Shown piece after piece: positions 59,859 to 64,000 of a stretch of DNA of 64,000 nucleotides. The notes under the pieces are model-generated. The model had not been told where the DNA came from. It did not search any database and worked only from the letters and a program-made list of their open reading frames with translations. Both the position numbers and the translations under genes were made by a program. Origin of the DNA: Felis catus (Eukaryota); assembly GCF_018350175.1 (NCBI RefSeq), contig NC_058368.1:123754001-123818000 (forward strand), in the 5' to 3' direction. How positions within the stretch are numbered: position 1 is the stretch's first letter; the number at the start of each line of letters is the position of its first letter.

Positions 59859-61525
59859 ATAGAGTAAAGTTTGAACAAGTTGGAACCCTGGCAAATGTAT
59901 TGAAATCCTAAACACAATAGTCTGGACTTGTTCACACCAAATGTTTAGATTGGCTCTCTTTTTCAAGAGCCATTCTGAATTTTTCCCAGAATATGCTGTG
60001 TTCTCTCCCACTTCAAGGTCTTTGCATATGTTGTTCCCTTTTTCTGGAACATTTCCTCCCTCTGCTCTTTGCAACCCTGACTCTGGCTCAACTTCAGGTC
60101 TCTATTAGAAATAAAGGGCTCCAGAGAGATTTCTGTGACTTCTCAGGCCTGAGCGGGTGTTCCCCCATGTGCCCCCACAGAGCTCTGTGCTTTCGTGGGC
60201 ACAGCTTCTGTCAAATTGTATTGACTTTCCTGTATCTCCCTGTGCAGGCAGGGATATATCTGCCTTGGCCACCATTATCTCTGCAGTGACTGGCATATTG
60301 CCATACTATGTTCTCAACATTTGTTGAATGAATAAATAAAAGAAGCATTCATTTTTCTACTTGGGCTTTACAAAGATTTTGCCTTTCACAAGAAAGCTTC
60401 AATTTGTTGTAAACATAGCCTACTTTTTGAAGAAAAAGTCTCTTGGAACAGAAAAAGGACATTAGATAGAAACTAAAGAAATCTGAATAAAGACTGGACT
60501 GGATTTTAATTAATAATAAGATAATAAAAAGGCAGGCTCTTTTTGTGCTGAATGCTTACTATGTAGAAAAGATAAAAAATTGAGATATAATTAACATACC
60601 ATAAAATTCACCCCTTTAAGGTGTGTGATTCAGTGCTTTTAAGTACAGTTACAAGATTGTGCAACCATTTCCACTATTAAATTCATCAGTTGATAAACAT
60701 TTGGGTTGTTTTTACTTTGGGGCTATGATGAGTGATGTTGCTATAAATGTTAGTGCATAAATTTTTGTGTATACCTATGTTTTCAATCCTCATAACTATA
60801 TACCTAGGAGTGAAATAGATGGGTCACGTGAAATTGCTCAGTGTAACTATTTGAGGAATCTCCAAACCGATTTCCAAAGTGGCTGCACTATTTTACATTC
60901 CCACCAGCAGTGTATGAGGGTTCCAATATCTCCACATCCTAGTGAAGATTCATTTGAATTAAATTTATTTTAGGCAAACAGAATGCTGACCTGGAGAAAT
61001 AGGAATGATACACTTTCTACTCATGTGATTAATGTGTATGAATCAAATACTCAGTAATAACCTCACCAACCTGCCATTTGACATCTAAGAGCTCCTAAGG
61101 ACAAGGCAAAAGAAAAGACCATGACTAACTTAGGAAAGAATGACTGATGTAACCAGAGTTATCTGTTTTTTTTTTTTTTTAAAGCAAGCATATTCAGTAA
61201 AGAGCCTGAAGTAAATTTAAATTTGAAAGTTATGCAGCAGTGGCCTCTGCTTAAGCCTAAACCATCCCCTGCTGGGATTCAGATGTGTCTGGGCCTGTTC
61301 AGTGGACTGTGCTGCCAGAAGCTGATTTGTAAAAGAGGCCAATAAACTCAGGAAAGATAATTTACTTAAGGGAAGAGAGACTCAAGCAAAAAAGTTTATT
61401 AAGCCTTTAGAGGGAATCATAGCTCCAAATACACAGGATTCCCCAAACCCTAGTCTTGCCTCCAGGTTATCCAGAACTCAGTCCCAGGAGAGAAAGTTCT
61501 GTGCATAAAATCTGAAATCATCACT

Positions 61526-61888
61526 TCTATGCTTTGCATGTTTGTGTCCCTTCCACCCCACATTCCTCTGCTGAAATCCTTAAGCCCAGTGTGATGATAT
61601 TAGGAGGTTGGGCCTTTGGAAAGAGCTTAGGTTGTGAGGGTAGAGCCCTCATAAATGGGATTAGTGCTATTATAAAAGAAACCCCACAGAGTTCTCTAGC
61701 CCCCTCTGCCATGTGAGGACACAGTGAGAAGCCGGCAGTGTACCACCCAGAGGAGGGCCTTTACTAGAACCCAACATGATTTGATCTTGGACTTCCAGCC
61801 TCCAGAACTGTGAGATATAAATTCCTGTTGCTTATAAGCCACTCAGTCTATGGTATTTCTGTTGTAACAGTCCAAATGGACTAAGACA
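61526..61888 (+). mobile_element. MaLR solo LTR (MLT1A/MST-like)
   Basis: atgtttgtgtccc...gatattaggaggttgggcctttgg...agccctcataaatgggattagtgc...ttggacttccagcctccagaactgtgag...aatggactaagaca. Confidence 0.8.
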
Positions 61889-62881
61889 ACTGTTTTCACT
61901 AGAAGCTCTAAGACAATGGATGAAAGATAATACTGCCTCAGTAATCTACTCATAGAAATAATGTTACACAAAAGGGAGAGAGACTTCATGACCTCCAGCA
62001 TATTCATCTCCATATTGGTACACTGAAGGCCCCGTGTTTCAGGGGTGGTGAGGGGGGAAATGGGCCTGTATGGGGTGGTTGGCTGGTGACACTGGAGGTT
62101 GCAGTGAGACAAGTTCCCACAACTGCATGAGTAATGAAGACGTAAGCAGTTGACATCACTGAAGAAGGGCAGGGCAGAAGCAGGCAGAGGTGGTAGCCCA
62201 TGAACTTTCTGGTGAGCCCAGGTGATATGCTTTCTAGTGATTTCCAGAAGGGGTAATGATGGGGACTAGAGGTGAGGAAAGACCAGGATACATGTGGATC
62301 ACCAGTATCTGTATGTTAAGACAGTGTATAGCATTTTGGCTGGTCTGGCTCAGGACAACAGAGTCTAACCATTAATGAAATAAAATTTAAAAAATAACTA
62401 GGTAGCTGAGGAATGAGCCAAATGGTTTTGAAACAAATGACTAAAAACACATTGTTCTTTTGGGATGACAGGTAGTCCGATAAAATAAATTTTTTTTCCA
62501 CTTCAGAAGTCTTTGCTATTGTGATAACTGATGTAATAATGCTGTTTAATGGCCTTTCCTACTGTAGGTTACTATGTTGTTCTCACATTCAGGAACTTTC
62601 CATTGCTTCAGAGGTGAACTTTCCCAGTGTTCTGTCTCATGACATTTGAGGTTATAGATGAAAAGGTAATTAGTGGTCAATGGCAGGAAAAGTAAGCAGC
62701 TAATACAATGTGTAATGATAAAACAAAACAAAACAAAACAAAAATGAACAACCTCAGTTGGATCCAAAGATGTTGAGTTAACATAAAGCCAATGCAACAG
62801 AACCTGTGAGGATAGCCACACCTTGGGGTTCTCCCATCTCATAAGGAAGCTGAAGGATGAATCCACAAATGCTACCTATTC

Positions 62882-63095
62882 TTTTTTTTAAAGATTTTTT
62901 TTTTTATTTGTTTAGAGAGGAGGGGAGAGTGGGTGAAAGGCAGAGAGAGAGAGAGGGAGAGAGAGAATCCTAAGCAGGCTCAGCACTGTCAGTGCAAAGC
63001 CCAACACGGGGCTCGATCTCATGAACTGTGAGATCATGACCTGAGCTGAAATCAAAAGTCTGATGCTGAACCGACTGAACTGACCCGATGCTCCC
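62882..63095 (-). mobile_element. CanSINE
   Basis: TSD aaatg(c/t)tacct. Confidence 0.82.
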
Positions 63096-64000
63096 GTAAA
63101 TGTTACCTTTTCAACCTCATGGAAATGAAACCATGCGATCAGACCTCTATTTTTCCAACAGGATGAAACACATTAAGTTCAGGCTAATGCTCTTTTTTGA
63201 AGAAATCATAAGTTATCATTAGACTCTTTTTCCATCAAAGAATAGTTTCCAGACTTCTAAGAAAGAAATATAACAGATCTCACCTGTTCTTGGTATGTGT
63301 TGAAGCATAAAAACAGGTCAAGGAGTGGTGGGGAGGTGTTTGTAAAATACCCAAGAAGGCATGGTTGGAGAAGATGCCATCTTCCCTCTGTGTGTGGAGA
63401 AGAAAGATCAAAGCAATGGTTTTCAAACTGTGGATTTGGTGGAGCACTAACTATCCTGAAATTATCCTGAGGTGACAGGAGGAGCCACATAGGTCCAATC
63501 AGACTGGCTGAGTTTTGAAATCTTTTGTATATTGGCTCTTGTTTAATATTTATATTTGAACATAGGGATTTGCTTCTCAAAGAAAGAGAGGAAGAGCACG
63601 AGAGAGTGAAAGAGAAAGAGATTGAGAGTGAGAGTGAAATACACTGGGGTTTGCTTAACTCTACTTCTGCAAATGTTATGGTTTCTCAGGAGGAGGCTTC
63701 GCCTGGCTGGATCCTGTGTGTTAATCACATTTGTAGCAGACTCTGTTGCTGTTTTCCTTACTCACACCGGGAATTCATCTATTCCTGGATCCCAACAGAT
63801 GGTCTTGGCACTGCTTGTCATGGCTGCTTTGTGACTGAGCTGAGCTGCATGGTGGAAACAGCAGAGCCCTTGGCTGGGTCTGTCCCACCAACCCCTGGCT
63901 GACCTCTCATGGTGTACAACTCCACGTAGAGGGGAAGAAAACTCAGGAGCCTCACACAGGGGGCAGTTGAACTGCTGGTCCTGTCCAGAATTTGAGCAGC

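Noticed and set aside
1..64000. CRISPR-like array or prokaryote-style defence system
   Set aside because: Mammalian DNA. The recurring direct repeats are TSDs and SINE copies, not regularly spaced repeat-spacer units, and no operon-like ORFs exist.

Overview
Mammalian genomic DNA from a carnivore, most likely a felid: more than 50 tRNA-derived CanSINE/SINEC_Fc-type elements, carnivore-type L1 3' ends, and older MIR/L2/MLT/MER fossils. One protein-coding gene is recognisable. This is the 5' end of PLPP1 (PPAP2A, lipid phosphate phosphatase 1) on the minus strand, with its CpG-island promoter at ~16.4-17.65 kb and coding exon 1 at 16844-16901 (MFDKTRLPYVALDVLCVLL). Intron 1 runs off the left edge of the window. 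The remaining ~47 kb is upstream intergenic DNA. It holds a frameshifted TMA7 processed pseudogene inserted into a MER5A fossil, three tailless 3'-truncated snRNA retrocopies with target-site duplications (two U2, one U6), a ~250-bp orphan polyadenylated insertion, L1 remnants, solo LTRs and microsatellites. The supplied ORFs are almost all translations of SINEs, L1 or the CpG island. I see no evidence of a novel biological system. The best leads are retrotransposition oddities, a perfect 22-bp hairpin in an L1, candidate cryptic exons and a motif-rich candidate enhancer. Repeat family names are recalled from consensus sequences, not from a database search, and repeat boundaries are approximate.
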